This document shows positions 28,720-39,469 of a DNA stretch of 64,000 bases, piece by piece (the stretch's first letter is position 1; each line of letters starts with the position of its first letter). Made by a program: the position numbers and the translations under genes. The stretch comes from Pelagibacteraceae bacterium. Its GTDB lineage: Bacteria > Pseudomonadota > Alphaproteobacteria > Methylaequorales > Methylaequoraceae. The DNA lies in contig JBELJQ010000001.1 in assembly GCA_042090305.1 (NCBI GenBank), positions 6,959-70,958 of the forward strand, given 5' to 3'. The notes under the pieces are model-generated. The model made no database searches. It was given only the letters and a program-made list of their open reading frames with translations, and was not told the origin of the DNA.

Positions 28720-30096
28720 CCTTTCTTTTACAAATTTAATAAAATCAGTTAGTTCGTTGTTCAAGATATAAAAATCTTCTTTTTTTTTTAAAACTCCTTC
28801 AATTGATTCGGGTAATTTTATTTTTTCTTCCACTACCTTTTTTACGGAGTCTATAAATTTGCTGTGATGAGCTGTAGCTAAATAAATTCTTTTCATATTT
28901 TCAGCTAAAATTTTCTTACCAACGGCATATCCAACAGCCGTATGAGGATCAATGATTAAATTAAATTTATTATGTATAGTTTTCATTGCATTGAGTGTAT
29001 CTTCATCATTTAGCCTCCCATACTTAAAGTAAATCTTTAATGAGTTTAAAGTATTTGTATCAACCTCAAATATTCCCTTTTCCTCTAAATCCCTGAAAAT
29101 ATTCTGGATTTTGAGTGGTTTTTTAAAAAAATGATATAATAATCTTTCGAAATTACTTGAAACTTGAATATCCATACTAGGACTTAATGTTTTTATTGTT
29201 TCTTGTGTAACCATTTTCCCTGATTCAAAAAACCTTGTCAAAATATCATTTTTATTTGAACAAATAACAAGTTTATCTATCGGTAACCCCATTCTTTTAG
29301 AGACATAACCCGCATATACATTTCCAAAGTTACCGGTTGGAACAACAAAGTTTATACGCTCATTTGTTTTAGATACTCTAAAGTAGCTCCAAAAATAATA
29401 GACTATCTGACCCATTATTCGCACCCAATTTATTGAATTTATAGCAGCTAGCTTGAGTTCTTTTCTTTCATTACTTTTAAAAAAATCTTTGACTAGTTTT
29501 TGACAATCGTCAAAGTTACCTTTTACGGCGATGGTATAAACATTTTTAGAATTAAAAGTAGTCATTTGTCTTCTTTGAATTTCACTTACTTTCTCGTGAG
29601 GAAAAAGTATAAACATATTTACTTTTTTTGATTTAGAGCAACCATAAATTGCAGCAGAACCTGTGTCACCAGATGTGGCGCCTATGATAGTAAGGTTTAT
29701 TTTATTTTTTTCTAAAATATACTCGTATATATTTCCCAACAATTGAAGTGCATAATCTTTGAATGCAAGTGTAGGACCATGAAATAAATTCAAGATATAT
29801 TCATTATCGTTTAGCATTGAAAAATCTATAATTTTTTTTGAAAATTGATCATCGTATGTTTTTAAACAAATTTCCTTATATTTATCGTGCGGTATATCGC
29901 TTGATGAGATAAAGTTTTTAGTAACTTCATAGGCGAGATTGGGATAATCTAAATGTGATAAATCTTTTAAATCCTTTTCAGAAAAAAATGGAAAATTTTC
30001 CGGAACATATAACCCTCCATCATTTGCTAATCCATTAAGCACGGCTGATGAAAAACTAACATTCTTTTCACCACCTCTAGTCGATAAGTAGAGCAT
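28705..30096 (-). CDS. thrC: threonine synthase
   Basis: MLYLSTRGG...GLYVP N-terminal domain; PLP-lysine region HGPTLAFKD. Confidence 0.9.
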   Translation of the reverse strand: MLYLSTRGGEKNVSFSSAVLNGLANDGGLYVPENFPFFSEKDLKDLSHLDYPNLAYEVTKNFISSSDIPHDKYKEICLKTYDDQFSKKIIDFSMLNDNEYILNLFHGPTLAFKDYALQLLGNIYEYILEKNKINLTIIGATSGDTGSAAIYGCSKSKKVNMFILFPHEKVSEIQRRQMTTFNSKNVYTIAVKGNFDDCQKLVKDFFKSNERKELKLAAINSINWVRIMGQIVYYFWSYFRVSKTNERINFVVPTGNFGNVYAGYVSKRMGLPIDKLVICSNKNDILTRFFESGKMVTQETIKTLSPSMDIQVSSNFERLLYHFFKKPLKIQNIFRDLEEKGIFEVDTNTLNSLKIYFKYGRLNDEDTLNAMKTIHNKFNLIIDPHTAVGYAVGKKILAENMKRIYLATAHHSKFIDSVKKVVEEKIKLPESIEGVLKKKEDFYILNNELTDFIKFVKERSGTT

Positions 30097-30815
30097 TAAC
30101 TTGTTTTTTTTATATTAGAAGATAAGAAGACACCAGCCAAACCTAAACTCAAAAAAAACCAAGTCAATGCATATTGAAGATGACTGTTTCTAAGATAAAT
30201 TCTAGTTTGATTACCTATTGGAAAGCCATTTGGTCCGTTCTCATATGCTTCCAAATAAATATCCTGCTCGAAGTCGATACTTGAAAAATTGCTCATTTTT
30301 GATGGCTCTACAAAAAACCAAACATTTTTTAAGTCATCATTTTCTGGCTGAAAATATCCCTTTCTTCCTGGGCTCCTTATGACTGCCTCAAGCTTTACAT
30401 TAGAATTATGAAGATTATTTTCCCTTTCAGATTGCTTTTTTAATCGTAGGGGAATCCAACCAGTATCATATATATAATATTTTTGGTTAATTGTTTTGAG
30501 TGGGACAAGAATATGAAAACCATTATTACCATTTTTACTTAGAGCAGGCATAAACATTTCTTTATCATTTAGCAACTCACCCTCAACAATGACTTTTCTA
30601 AATTCATTATCCTCTGGTTTTTTAAAACTTGAGAGTTTTATAGCATCTATCTCATAACTTGTGGTTCTATTTTTAATAATCTCTGTTTTCCATTGAAGTC
30701 TTTTTACTTGCCAGAAAGAAAGGGTTAAAAGCATTGAAAACGCTATTAAAAAGGAAACTAGAGGAACAACCTTCGGCTTAAATTCGTAGTTATTTGATCC
30801 AAACTTAAATTCCAT
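30096..30815 (-). CDS. surf1: SURF1 family cytochrome oxidase biogenesis protein
   Basis: N-terminal TM, FWQVKRLQWK motif, C-terminal TM; sits in the cta cluster. Confidence 0.85.
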   Translation of the reverse strand: MEFKFGSNNYEFKPKVVPLVSFLIAFSMLLTLSFWQVKRLQWKTEIIKNRTTSYEIDAIKLSSFKKPEDNEFRKVIVEGELLNDKEMFMPALSKNGNNGFHILVPLKTINQKYYIYDTGWIPLRLKKQSERENNLHNSNVKLEAVIRSPGRKGYFQPENDDLKNVWFFVEPSKMSNFSSIDFEQDIYLEAYENGPNGFPIGNQTRIYLRNSHLQYALTWFFLSLGLAGVFLSSNIKKTS

Positions 30816-30821
30816 TAGTGG

Positions 30822-31643
30822 TTATACGGAAGCCCACCAGTAAACGAAAGTGAATAGGAACAACCATACAACATCAACAAAATGCCAATACCAGGCGGCA
30901 AATTCAAAACCAAGATGTTTTTTAGCACTAAAGTGACCTGTCATACCCCTAAAGAAGCAGACTATAAGAAACAATGTACCGATTATTACATGGGCACCAT
31001 GAAAACCTGTGGCCATGTAAAATGTTGAGGGATAGATTCCATCGGATATTGAAAATGTTGCGTGTTCATATTCATAGGCTTGAAACCCGGTAAAAATAAC
31101 TCCTAAAACTATTGTAAGAAATAAAAAGAGCATGAAATTTTTCCTGTCATTCTCTCTTAAAGCATGATGTGCCCAGGTTATTGTTCCACCTGATGCAAGT
31201 AAAATGAAAGTATTTAATAACGGAATTCCAAACGGAGGTATTAACTCTATTTCTTCAGGTGGAAAAACGCCTCCTAGTGATTCTTGACGACCAATAAGTT
31301 CGGGACTATCTGAACCAGGATAAAAAGCTACATCAAAAAAAGCCCAAAACCATGCTGAAAAGAACATAACTTCAGACGCGATGAAAAGAATCATTCCGTA
31401 TCTTAAGCCAATTTGAACAACCTTATTGTGAAATTTACCACTTTTTGACTCATCCACTACGTCTTTCCACCATAATATACTTGATAAAAGAACTGCTGCG
31501 CCTCCAATATAAAATAAAACTGACTTTTCCTGATGCATTAGCACAACAAGCCCATATGCGAGGACTAACAAAGAAATAGCCGTTACTAGTGGCCAAGGAC
31601 TAGGGTCAACAAGATGGTAAGGATGTTTTTGGTTTTCACTCAT
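30822..31643 (-). CDS. ctaE: cytochrome c oxidase subunit III
   Basis: HPYHLVDPSPWP start and 7-TM subunit III body. Confidence 0.95.
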   Translation of the reverse strand: MSENQKHPYHLVDPSPWPLVTAISLLVLAYGLVVLMHQEKSVLFYIGGAAVLLSSILWWKDVVDESKSGKFHNKVVQIGLRYGMILFIASEVMFFSAWFWAFFDVAFYPGSDSPELIGRQESLGGVFPPEEIELIPPFGIPLLNTFILLASGGTITWAHHALRENDRKNFMLFLFLTIVLGVIFTGFQAYEYEHATFSISDGIYPSTFYMATGFHGAHVIIGTLFLIVCFFRGMTGHFSAKKHLGFEFAAWYWHFVDVVWLFLFTFVYWWASV

Positions 31644-31645
31644 AT

Positions 31646-32176
31646 TTATTTTCTCACGAACATTGTGTATGAAAGTGTAATCTCTTTCAGGTTATTAATA
31701 AACTTATCATCTTTTATTTTAGGGTCAATAAAAAAAGATACGGGCATACTTACATTTTCTCCAGGAGCTATCTCTTGTTCCTCAAAACAAAAGCACTCAA
31801 TTTTATTAAAATATTTAGCTGCTTGATGCGGAGTGACATTGAAGACTGACATTGTAGTAATCATGTCTTTAGTCTTATTTCGAGCATTATAAAAAGCTAA
31901 ACTATTTTCACCAATTTTAACTGACTGAATGATTTTCTCAGGTTCAAAATTTAATGGTGCGTCTTTTTCCACAGACGAGTCGAATCTAATATTAATTGAC
32001 CCATGGGGAAACACAGAGGATGTATTTTCTGTTTTCACTAATGGAGTACCTCCATATCCAGTAACCTGACAAAAGAGCTTATATAAAGGAACAGCAGCAA
32101 AGCTCATACCTAGCATAAAAAGAGCAAATAAAAGCAATAATAGTGCCTGACTTTTTATATTTTTAATTGCTAACAT
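31646..32176 (-). CDS. ctaG: cytochrome c oxidase assembly protein CtaG/Cox11
   Basis: N-terminal TM, VPLYKLFCQVTGYGG, and the copper-binding CFCF motif. Confidence 0.9.
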   Translation of the reverse strand: MLAIKNIKSQALLLLLFALFMLGMSFAAVPLYKLFCQVTGYGGTPLVKTENTSSVFPHGSINIRFDSSVEKDAPLNFEPEKIIQSVKIGENSLAFYNARNKTKDMITTMSVFNVTPHQAAKYFNKIECFCFEEQEIAPGENVSMPVSFFIDPKIKDDKFINNLKEITLSYTMFVRK

Positions 32177-32269
32177 TTAGAACTTAATAATTGTTACAAA
32201 GTAAAAGATTATAGCTAATGATAATAATGCAAGACCTAAAACAATATTTTTTTTTTTATTATTGTCCAT
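32177..32269 (-). CDS. 30-aa single-TM micro-protein (MDNNKKKNIVLGLALLSLAIIFYFVTIIKF), not in the supplied ORF track
   Basis: ATG at 32267-32269. Its stop TAA directly abuts the ctaG start (TAAATG), and it fills the only gap between ctaB and ctaG. Hydrophobic core of 20 residues. Confidence 0.4.
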   Translation of the reverse strand: MDNNKKKNIVLGLALLSLAIIFYFVTIIKF

Positions 32270-32270
32270 T

Positions 32271-33182
32271 TTAAAGTAATGAATCGATGACTAGAGTTGA
32301 GAAAATAAGATATAAATACAGTATAGAAAATTTAAAAAGTTTAGGTGCAAATATTGAGTCTGACTTATCATCACTATTCAATAGATTAAAAGCAAGGAAA
32401 CAAAAATATAAATTAAGTAACAATGCTGAAGACAAGTAAAAAATCCCGGAAAAACCAAGAAAATATGGAAGTAAAGAAACAATTAGTAGAATGATTGAGT
32501 AAACTGATATTTGTTTTTTAGTTGTTCTCTGACCACTCACAACTGGTAACATTGGAACCTTTGCTTTTGAATATTCTACATCTTTGTAAAGTGCTAACGC
32601 CCAAAAATGCGGAGGTGTCCATGTAAAAATTATCAAGAAAAGAATAACCGGGAATAAACTTATGTCAGCAGTAGAGCATGCCCAACCAATAACTGGAGGA
32701 AATGCGCCAGCAGCACCCCCTATCACGATATTCTGAGGTGTTTTTCTTTTTAACCATATTGTATAAATAAAGACGTAAAAAAAAATAGAGAAGAACAATA
32801 AGAATGATGCAAAATAATTAACAGCAAGACCAAGCACAAGTACTGAAATTAAAGATAATATAACGCCAAAACCAAGGGCATCAAGTGCCGTAACTTTGCC
32901 TTGAGGTATTGGACGGCTTTTAGTTCTATTCATCAGGCTATCGATATCTTGATCATACCACATATTTATCGCACCAGATGCTCCTGCACCAATCGAAATA
33001 CATAAAATAGAGACGAAGACCATAAAAGGATGTAGAGGGTTAGGAGCTAAAAGAAGTCCACATATAGAACTAAAAATAGCAAGGCTCATTACTCTTGGTT
33101 TGAGTAAGGTAAAATAATCTTCAACTGAGCTTTCTCTCAGTGAAGATTTATTTTTTATATCTTTTACTACTTTCGAAATCAA
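32271..33182 (-). CDS. ctaB: protoheme IX farnesyltransferase (heme O synthase)
   Basis: UbiA-family polytopic protein with NMWYDQDID and the cta-operon context. Confidence 0.9.
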   Translation of the reverse strand: MISKVVKDIKNKSSLRESSVEDYFTLLKPRVMSLAIFSSICGLLLAPNPLHPFMVFVSILCISIGAGASGAINMWYDQDIDSLMNRTKSRPIPQGKVTALDALGFGVILSLISVLVLGLAVNYFASFLLFFSIFFYVFIYTIWLKRKTPQNIVIGGAAGAFPPVIGWACSTADISLFPVILFLIIFTWTPPHFWALALYKDVEYSKAKVPMLPVVSGQRTTKKQISVYSIILLIVSLLPYFLGFSGIFYLSSALLLNLYFCFLAFNLLNSDDKSDSIFAPKLFKFSILYLYLIFSTLVIDSLL

Positions 33183-33218
33183 AATTCATATCCATAGACA
33201 CCAAATAATAAGCTAATT

Positions 33219-34781
33219 TTACTTAACTTTTGGGATGTTATCGTATGAGTGAAAAGGTGGCGGTGAACTAAGTTGCCATTCAAAAGTTGTGGCGCCTTTA
33301 CCCCACGGATTTTTCTGTGCTTTTCTAGATTTAAAGTAAGCCTCAATTAAGACAAAAACAAAGAAAAAAGCTGCAAAAACTGATATATAAGCACCTATAC
33401 TAGAAACATAGTTCCATCCAGCGAAAGCATCCGGATAGTCTGGAATTCTTCTTGGCATTCCAGCTAAGCCAGAGAAGTGCATTGGAAAGAAGGTTATGTT
33501 AACACCGATGAAAGTCAGCCAAAAGTGTATTTTGCCAAGAAATTCACTGTACTCGATTCCAGTCATTTTGCTAAACCAGTAATAGAATCCTGAATAAATT
33601 GAGAAAAGAGCTCCCATTGACATTACATAATGAAAATGTGCAACAACATAATAAGTATCATGTAAGGCGACATCAATTCCTGTGTTAGCCAATACCACGC
33701 CTGTTACACCACCTAACGTAAATAAGAAAATCATTGCAATCGCAAACAACATAGGAGTTTTAAATTCAATAGAACCGCCCCACATCGTAGCTATCCAACT
33801 GAATATTTTAATACCAGTTGGAACTGCAATAACCATTGTTGCTGCTAAGAAATAGGCGCGCGTATCAACATCTAACCCAGTGGTATACATGTGATGAGCC
33901 CAAACAACAAAACCAACAACGCCTATCGCTGCCATTGCATAAGCCATTCCAAGATAACCAAAAACAGGCTTTTTCGAGAAAGTCGATACAACATGACTGA
34001 TTATACCAAAGCCAGGTAATATTAATATGTAGACTTCAGGATGACCGAAAAACCAGAAAAGGTGTTGGAATAATACAGGGTCACCTCCAGCTTCTGCGTT
34101 GAAGAATGCTGTACCAAAGTTTCTATCGGTAAGCATCATTGTGATTGCTCCAGCAAGAACTGGTAGAGATAGTAAAAGTAAAAAAGCAGTTATCAAGATT
34201 GACCAAACAAATAATGGCATTTTATGCATTGTCATTCCTGGAGCTCTCATATTAAAGATAGTGGTGATAAAGTTTATAGCTCCGAGTATTGACGAGGCTC
34301 CAGCTAGGTGCATCGATAATATGACCATATCAACGGCGGGACCACCATGGCCTGAAGTAGAAAGAGGGGCATACATTGTCCATCCTGGTCCAGCTCCTCC
34401 ATCAACGAAACCTGAACCAACTAAAAGGATTATAGACGGAACTAGTAACCAAAAACTTAAATTATTCATCCTAGGAAAGGCCATGTCGGGGGCACCAATT
34501 AAAAGTGGAACAAAATAATTTCCAAAGCCTCCAACCATTGCAGGCATTATCATAAAAAATATCATTAATAAGCCGTGAGAAGTAATCCAAACATTATATT
34601 TTTGGTAATCATCGCCGAGTATTTGCATACCTGGATCTTGAAGCTCCATACGAATCAATAATGAAAATATCCCACCTATTAGACCTGCTATTATCGCGAA
34701 AATCAGATAAAGAACTCCAATATCCTTGTGGTTGGTAGAGAAAAAATATCTTGTAAAAAAAGATGGAGCGTGACTAGACAT
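33219..34781 (-). CDS. ctaD: cytochrome c oxidase subunit I
   Basis: Canonical WFFGHPEVY, heme/CuB His ligands, 12 TM. Confidence 0.97.
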   Translation of the reverse strand: MSSHAPSFFTRYFFSTNHKDIGVLYLIFAIIAGLIGGIFSLLIRMELQDPGMQILGDDYQKYNVWITSHGLLMIFFMIMPAMVGGFGNYFVPLLIGAPDMAFPRMNNLSFWLLVPSIILLVGSGFVDGGAGPGWTMYAPLSTSGHGGPAVDMVILSMHLAGASSILGAINFITTIFNMRAPGMTMHKMPLFVWSILITAFLLLLSLPVLAGAITMMLTDRNFGTAFFNAEAGGDPVLFQHLFWFFGHPEVYILILPGFGIISHVVSTFSKKPVFGYLGMAYAMAAIGVVGFVVWAHHMYTTGLDVDTRAYFLAATMVIAVPTGIKIFSWIATMWGGSIEFKTPMLFAIAMIFLFTLGGVTGVVLANTGIDVALHDTYYVVAHFHYVMSMGALFSIYSGFYYWFSKMTGIEYSEFLGKIHFWLTFIGVNITFFPMHFSGLAGMPRRIPDYPDAFAGWNYVSSIGAYISVFAAFFFVFVLIEAYFKSRKAQKNPWGKGATTFEWQLSSPPPFHSYDNIPKVK

Positions 34782-35606
34782 TTAGTTATTTCCTTTCGTA
34801 TCAAAAACTATATTATTGTTATCATCTTTAGCAAATTCTTCTTGAGCTTCGACTACCCAGGTTGAAAACTCATCATCAGAAACAGCTTTAATCATTATAG
34901 GCATAAAACCGTGACCCGGGCCACAAAGCTCGGAGCACTGTCCATAGTACATACCTGGTTCTTTAATATTGAAGTATGTTTCATTAAGTCTTCCTGGGAT
35001 AGCATCCATTTTAACGCCAAGCGATGGCATAGCCCATGAATGTATAACTCCAGCAGGGTCACTAGTGATTTGCATTTTAATATTTTTGTTTATTGGTACA
35101 ACTAGCGCATTATCAGTCGCAAGAAGTCTAGGCTGACCCTCCTCTAATTCACTTTCATCAAGCATAAATGCGTCAAATGCAAAATCACCGTGATCAGGGT
35201 ATTCGTATCCCCAATACCATGTGTAACCCGTAGCCTTGATTGTAATGTCAATATTACTGAAGTCATTTTGTTTGTACAATAACCTAAAAGATGGAATTGA
35301 TATCACAACAAGTATTATGACAGGAATTACAGTCCATGCCACTTCTAGTAAAGAATTGTGTGTTGTTGTAGATGGTTTCTTATTATTTTTAGCGCTAAAT
35401 TTTACACAAACATAAGCCAATAGAACGAAAACAAATATTGTTATGAATGTTATAATCCAGAATATAAAATCATGAAGTCCTGCTAGCTCTGCCATGAGAG
35501 GCGATGCTGCCTCTTGAAAACCTATCTGCCATTCAGTTGGTTGACCTTTGGACATTGCACTAAATGCCGTTAAAAATAAAGAAATTGCAATAAAAAATTT
35601 TGTCAT
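34782..35606 (-). CDS. ctaC: cytochrome c oxidase subunit II
   Basis: Two TM plus the CuA site HSWAMPSLG...CSELCGPGHGFM. Confidence 0.95.
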   Translation of the reverse strand: MTKFFIAISLFLTAFSAMSKGQPTEWQIGFQEAASPLMAELAGLHDFIFWIITFITIFVFVLLAYVCVKFSAKNNKKPSTTTHNSLLEVAWTVIPVIILVVISIPSFRLLYKQNDFSNIDITIKATGYTWYWGYEYPDHGDFAFDAFMLDESELEEGQPRLLATDNALVVPINKNIKMQITSDPAGVIHSWAMPSLGVKMDAIPGRLNETYFNIKEPGMYYGQCSELCGPGHGFMPIMIKAVSDDEFSTWVVEAQEEFAKDDNNNIVFDTKGNN

Positions 35607-35724
35607 AGTTCCATCATTATCTAAATTAAGTTATAAATATAATTGTGATTTCGAAAAAAACAATTATTTATTCATATAATATTAACAATTCATTACTATA
35701 AGTCTAATTATTAATTAAAAGCTG

Positions 35725-37128
35725 ATGAAAACAATAAAAAAAGATTGGGACGAAAGTAAAGTTTCTAAGAAAGTTGATAAGGTTTTGGCTAATTACGACG
35801 ACGGAGAGTTATTTGTTGAAGAAGTTTATAGCGAAAATATCACTTTTGATGATAACAAGGTAAAAAGCGCCAGTTTTGATAATGAAAAAGGATTTGGTCT
35901 TAGAGGTGTCAACGACGATAATGTTAACTTCTACCATAGTTCAGAACTTGATCAAAAAAATCTTGATAAGGGTTTGTTACACTTGTCTAAATCTGGCAGT
36001 CCAAAAAAAATTAATCTATTAAAACAACCCTCACACAAAAACATAAAGCTTTATAAACCTGAAAACCCCATGATTTCTAAAAATCTTTATGAGAAAATAA
36101 CAATATTAGAAAAATTGAACAATTATGCTAGAAAACTTGATCCAGCAATAAAAGAAGTTTCTGTAAGTCTTAATGGTAACTTTCAAAACATAGAAATCAT
36201 AAAAAAAGATGGTAAATATTTTTATGATACCCGGCCATTGGTTAGACTCAATATTAATATTTCTATCGAAAAAAAAGGTAAGGTCGAATCAGGTTCTTAC
36301 GGGATGGGTGGAAGATATAGCTATGAAAATCTCCTGAAAAAAGAAAATTGGATAAAATCTATAAATTGTGCATACAATCAGGCATTAACTAAATTATCAG
36401 CTGTTCCTACTCCAGCTGGAGAACAAACTGTTATTCTTGGACCTGGATGGCCAGGAATTCTTCTTCATGAGGCAGTTGGTCATGGTCTTGAAGGTGATTT
36501 TAACAGAAAAAAAACATCCGCATTTTATAACTTAGTTAATGAACAGGTTGCCTCTGATCAAATAACTGTTGTTGATGACGGAACAATTTCAGATCGAAGA
36601 GGTTCTCTAACTATTGATGACGAGGGAACTCCATCTCAAAATACGATTTTGATAGAGAATGGTATTTTAAAAGGCTTCATGCAAGACCGTTTAAATGCAA
36701 GACTTATGAAACAAGAACCAACTGGGAATGGTAGAAGGCAGAGCTATGCTCATATTCCGATGCCTCGAATGACAAATACCTATATGCTTAAAGGAAAGTA
36801 TCATCATGATGAGTTAATAAAGTCTACCAAGAAAGGGATCTATGCTACACAATTTAGTGGAGGGCAAGTGGACATTACATCTGGAAAGTTTGTATTTAGT
36901 GCTTCAGAAGCTTATAAAATTGAAAATGGCAAAATCACTGTTCCGTTAAAGGGAGCAACTCTCATTGGAAATGGGCCTGATATTTTAAAGCAAGTCTCAA
37001 TGGTTGGTAACAACCTTGAACTTGACAATGGAATTGGTACTTGCGGCAAAGAGGGTCAAATGGTTCCAGTCGGAGTCGGACAACCAAGTTTAAAAATAAA
37101 CAAGCTGACAGTTGGTGGAACAGTTTAG
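35725..37128 (+). CDS. tldD: metalloprotease TldD
   Basis: HEAVGHGLEGDF zinc motif; 467 aa. Confidence 0.9.
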   Translation: MKTIKKDWDESKVSKKVDKVLANYDDGELFVEEVYSENITFDDNKVKSASFDNEKGFGLRGVNDDNVNFYHSSELDQKNLDKGLLHLSKSGSPKKINLLKQPSHKNIKLYKPENPMISKNLYEKITILEKLNNYARKLDPAIKEVSVSLNGNFQNIEIIKKDGKYFYDTRPLVRLNINISIEKKGKVESGSYGMGGRYSYENLLKKENWIKSINCAYNQALTKLSAVPTPAGEQTVILGPGWPGILLHEAVGHGLEGDFNRKKTSAFYNLVNEQVASDQITVVDDGTISDRRGSLTIDDEGTPSQNTILIENGILKGFMQDRLNARLMKQEPTGNGRRQSYAHIPMPRMTNTYMLKGKYHHDELIKSTKKGIYATQFSGGQVDITSGKFVFSASEAYKIENGKITVPLKGATLIGNGPDILKQVSMVGNNLELDNGIGTCGKEGQMVPVGVGQPSLKINKLTVGGTV

Positions 37129-37131
37129 GGT

Positions 37132-37419
37132 TTACTTTTTATTACTTTCAAAATACTTTTTTTCGTACTCTATAAAACCACTAATCATTTTTTTCCACAT
37201 TCCTACTATCATCCCTTTAGGTAAGTTCATCTTTAAAGATTGCTTATCGAGCTTATTAAGTATTTTTTCTATCCTTTTTTGATCGACAATTTGCTCTTTT
37301 GTTTTAAGTTTTACAACTTCATCAACTAGTTTTTTTCTTGATTCTATTAAATCTAGCATTTCAAGATCTAACTTATCAATTTTCTCTCGTATTTCTTCTA
37401 TTAATTCAATATTTTGCAT
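37132..37419 (-). CDS. chorismate mutase (AroQ class)
   Basis: 95-aa all-helical protein; IREKIDKLDLEMLDLIESRKKL fits the AroQ N-terminal helix with catalytic Arg/Lys. Confidence 0.65.
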   Translation of the reverse strand: MQNIELIEEIREKIDKLDLEMLDLIESRKKLVDEVVKLKTKEQIVDQKRIEKILNKLDKQSLKMNLPKGMIVGMWKKMISGFIEYEKKYFESNKK

Positions 37420-37426
37420 ATTTCAT

Positions 37427-38752
37427 CTAAAAGTAATTGGTTTCATAAATCATATCAATATTTTTGGACCAATGATTAAAATATTGATTCTCCCAATATT
37501 TAGCAGGAGATTCTCCAGCTTTCAAAATCTCAATTAAAGGATTAAGAAAAATACTCTCGTTGTCATTACCTTTAAAAATATTTCTTTTACTTAAACCCAT
37601 CTTAGAATACTTTAATATTTTTTCTATAAATTTATTTAAAGTCTGACCATCAGGATTTTTTGAATTTAAACCATTGGTTCTTACATCATTATAAAAGTTT
37701 TCAATATCCGAAAATTTCCAATGCCTAGTAATATCCCATATTGTATTTAATATTTCTTCATCGTAGAGAATCCCAGTCCAAAAAGCAGGAAGTGCACATA
37801 CTCGAGACCATGGACCTCCATCAGCTCCACGAACTTCAATGTATGACTTCAATCTTACCTCTGGGAAAACTGTAGTTAAATGAACTTTCCAATCATCTAA
37901 ATTCGCTAAAAATTCTGAGCTATTATTATCTAAATACTGTCTGAAAGTTTTATCCGTAAAATCTGTATATTTTCCATTCCGCACAATAAAGTACATGGGA
38001 ACATCAAGTAGGTAATTAACGTATCTTTCAAAAGAAAAATCATTTTCATAAATAAATTTAAGTAAACCTGTTCTGTTAGGATCCGTTTTTGTCCAGATGT
38101 AGGACCTGTAACTTTGGAATTTAGTAAGTTTACCATCTATAAATGGTGAATTAGCATACATGGCAATGATGCATGGTTGAATTGATTGCGCCACCCTCAT
38201 TTTTTTTTTCATATCCTCTTCAGATGAAAAATCAAAGTTTGCCTGTATAGTTGTTGTTCTCATCATCATATCAAGACCATGTTCACCAACTTTTGGCATA
38301 TATTTACTCATTATTTCATACCTTTTTTTTGGCATGATTTCTATCTTTGATAAATCCCATTTCGGAAGAACACCCATTCCCATAAAATTAATATCCAAGG
38401 ATTTACAAACGCTATTAAGTTCATCCTTATGTGTATTGACTTCACCACATGTCTGAAATAAGTTTTTCAGCGGGGCTCCAGAAAGTTCGAGTTGACCGCC
38501 AGGTTCCAAAGTTATTGACGAACCATTTTTTTTTAAAGAGATCACTTTATTATTCTCTAAAACCTTTTCCCAATTATAATTCTTCGATAAAAGATCAAAA
38601 ATCCTTTCAATACTATTGAAGTTTATTGGCTTTAAATCTTTATTACTAAAACCAAATTTTTCGTGTTCCGTGCCAATACTCCATTTATCCTTAGTTTTAC
38701 ATCCATCTGAAAAAACAGATACAAGTGATTCAATATTAAGTTTATTACTCAT
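37427..38752 (-). CDS. gshA: glutamate--cysteine ligase, plant/alphaproteobacterial type (GCS2)
   Basis: About 440-aa GCS2-family protein (...GTEHEKFGF...EPGGQLELSGAP...). Start set at the Met whose ATG overlaps the rsmE stop (ATGA at 38749-38752). Confidence 0.8.
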   Translation of the reverse strand: MSNKLNIESLVSVFSDGCKTKDKWSIGTEHEKFGFSNKDLKPINFNSIERIFDLLSKNYNWEKVLENNKVISLKKNGSSITLEPGGQLELSGAPLKNLFQTCGEVNTHKDELNSVCKSLDINFMGMGVLPKWDLSKIEIMPKKRYEIMSKYMPKVGEHGLDMMMRTTTIQANFDFSSEEDMKKKMRVAQSIQPCIIAMYANSPFIDGKLTKFQSYRSYIWTKTDPNRTGLLKFIYENDFSFERYVNYLLDVPMYFIVRNGKYTDFTDKTFRQYLDNNSSEFLANLDDWKVHLTTVFPEVRLKSYIEVRGADGGPWSRVCALPAFWTGILYDEEILNTIWDITRHWKFSDIENFYNDVRTNGLNSKNPDGQTLNKFIEKILKYSKMGLSKRNIFKGNDNESIFLNPLIEILKAGESPAKYWENQYFNHWSKNIDMIYETNYF

Positions 38753-39453
38753 GATAAATTGCTCTTTAATGAGGCTAAGCAATAAATCGCAGCTGTATCC
38801 GCCTTTAGAATATTATCCCCAAAATTTACATGAAGGTTATTTTTTCTCATTAAAGCTTCTCTTTCATTTTTGTTCCATCCACCTACGGGCCCTATAAAAA
38901 TTGCATATTTTGATTTATTTCTTAGTAAATTTTTAAAGTTTGAAATTGGAGAACCACCTTTTTCATCACAAAAAACTATAACCCTTTCATCATCCCACTG
39001 GTACAGAATATCTTCAATATTTTTTAATTCTTCAATAATCGGTAGGTTGAGAGAGTTACTTTGTTCAACAGCTTCAATCGAAATACGTTTCAATCTCTCA
39101 TAATTAAGTTTAATTGAGTTTGAATATTGAGTTTTCATTGGTAAAAATTTAGTAACTCCTATTTCAGAAGTTTTCTCTATAAGGAAATCGATATTTTTTG
39201 GCTTTACAAGGCTAAAACAAATCCAAATATCTTTTATCTTATTTTTTTTTCTTAAAAGATTTCTCGGTGTGACTAAGAATCTACTTCCTATTTCACAAAT
39301 TGAATCCCACTCCTCATTATTATTAAAAATAATTATTATATCTCCAGATTGCCTTCTCATTACATTTTTTAAGTAATGAGAATGTTTTTTTTCAAGTATT
39401 ATATATTCATTTTTTTTTATTTCATTTTCGATATATATTCTAATTTGAGACAT
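38749..39453 (-). CDS. rsmE: 16S rRNA (uracil1498-N3)-methyltransferase
   Basis: PUA-like N-domain plus a SPOUT C-domain with FIGPVGGW. Start trimmed to MSQIRIY (39451-39453). Confidence 0.75.
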   Translation of the reverse strand: MSQIRIYIENEIKKNEYIILEKKHSHYLKNVMRRQSGDIIIIFNNNEEWDSICEIGSRFLVTPRNLLRKKNKIKDIWICFSLVKPKNIDFLIEKTSEIGVTKFLPMKTQYSNSIKLNYERLKRISIEAVEQSNSLNLPIIEELKNIEDILYQWDDERVIVFCDEKGGSPISNFKNLLRNKSKYAIFIGPVGGWNKNEREALMRKNNLHVNFGDNILKADTAAIYCLASLKSNLS

Positions 39454-39469
39454 TTTATTACGTAAGCTA

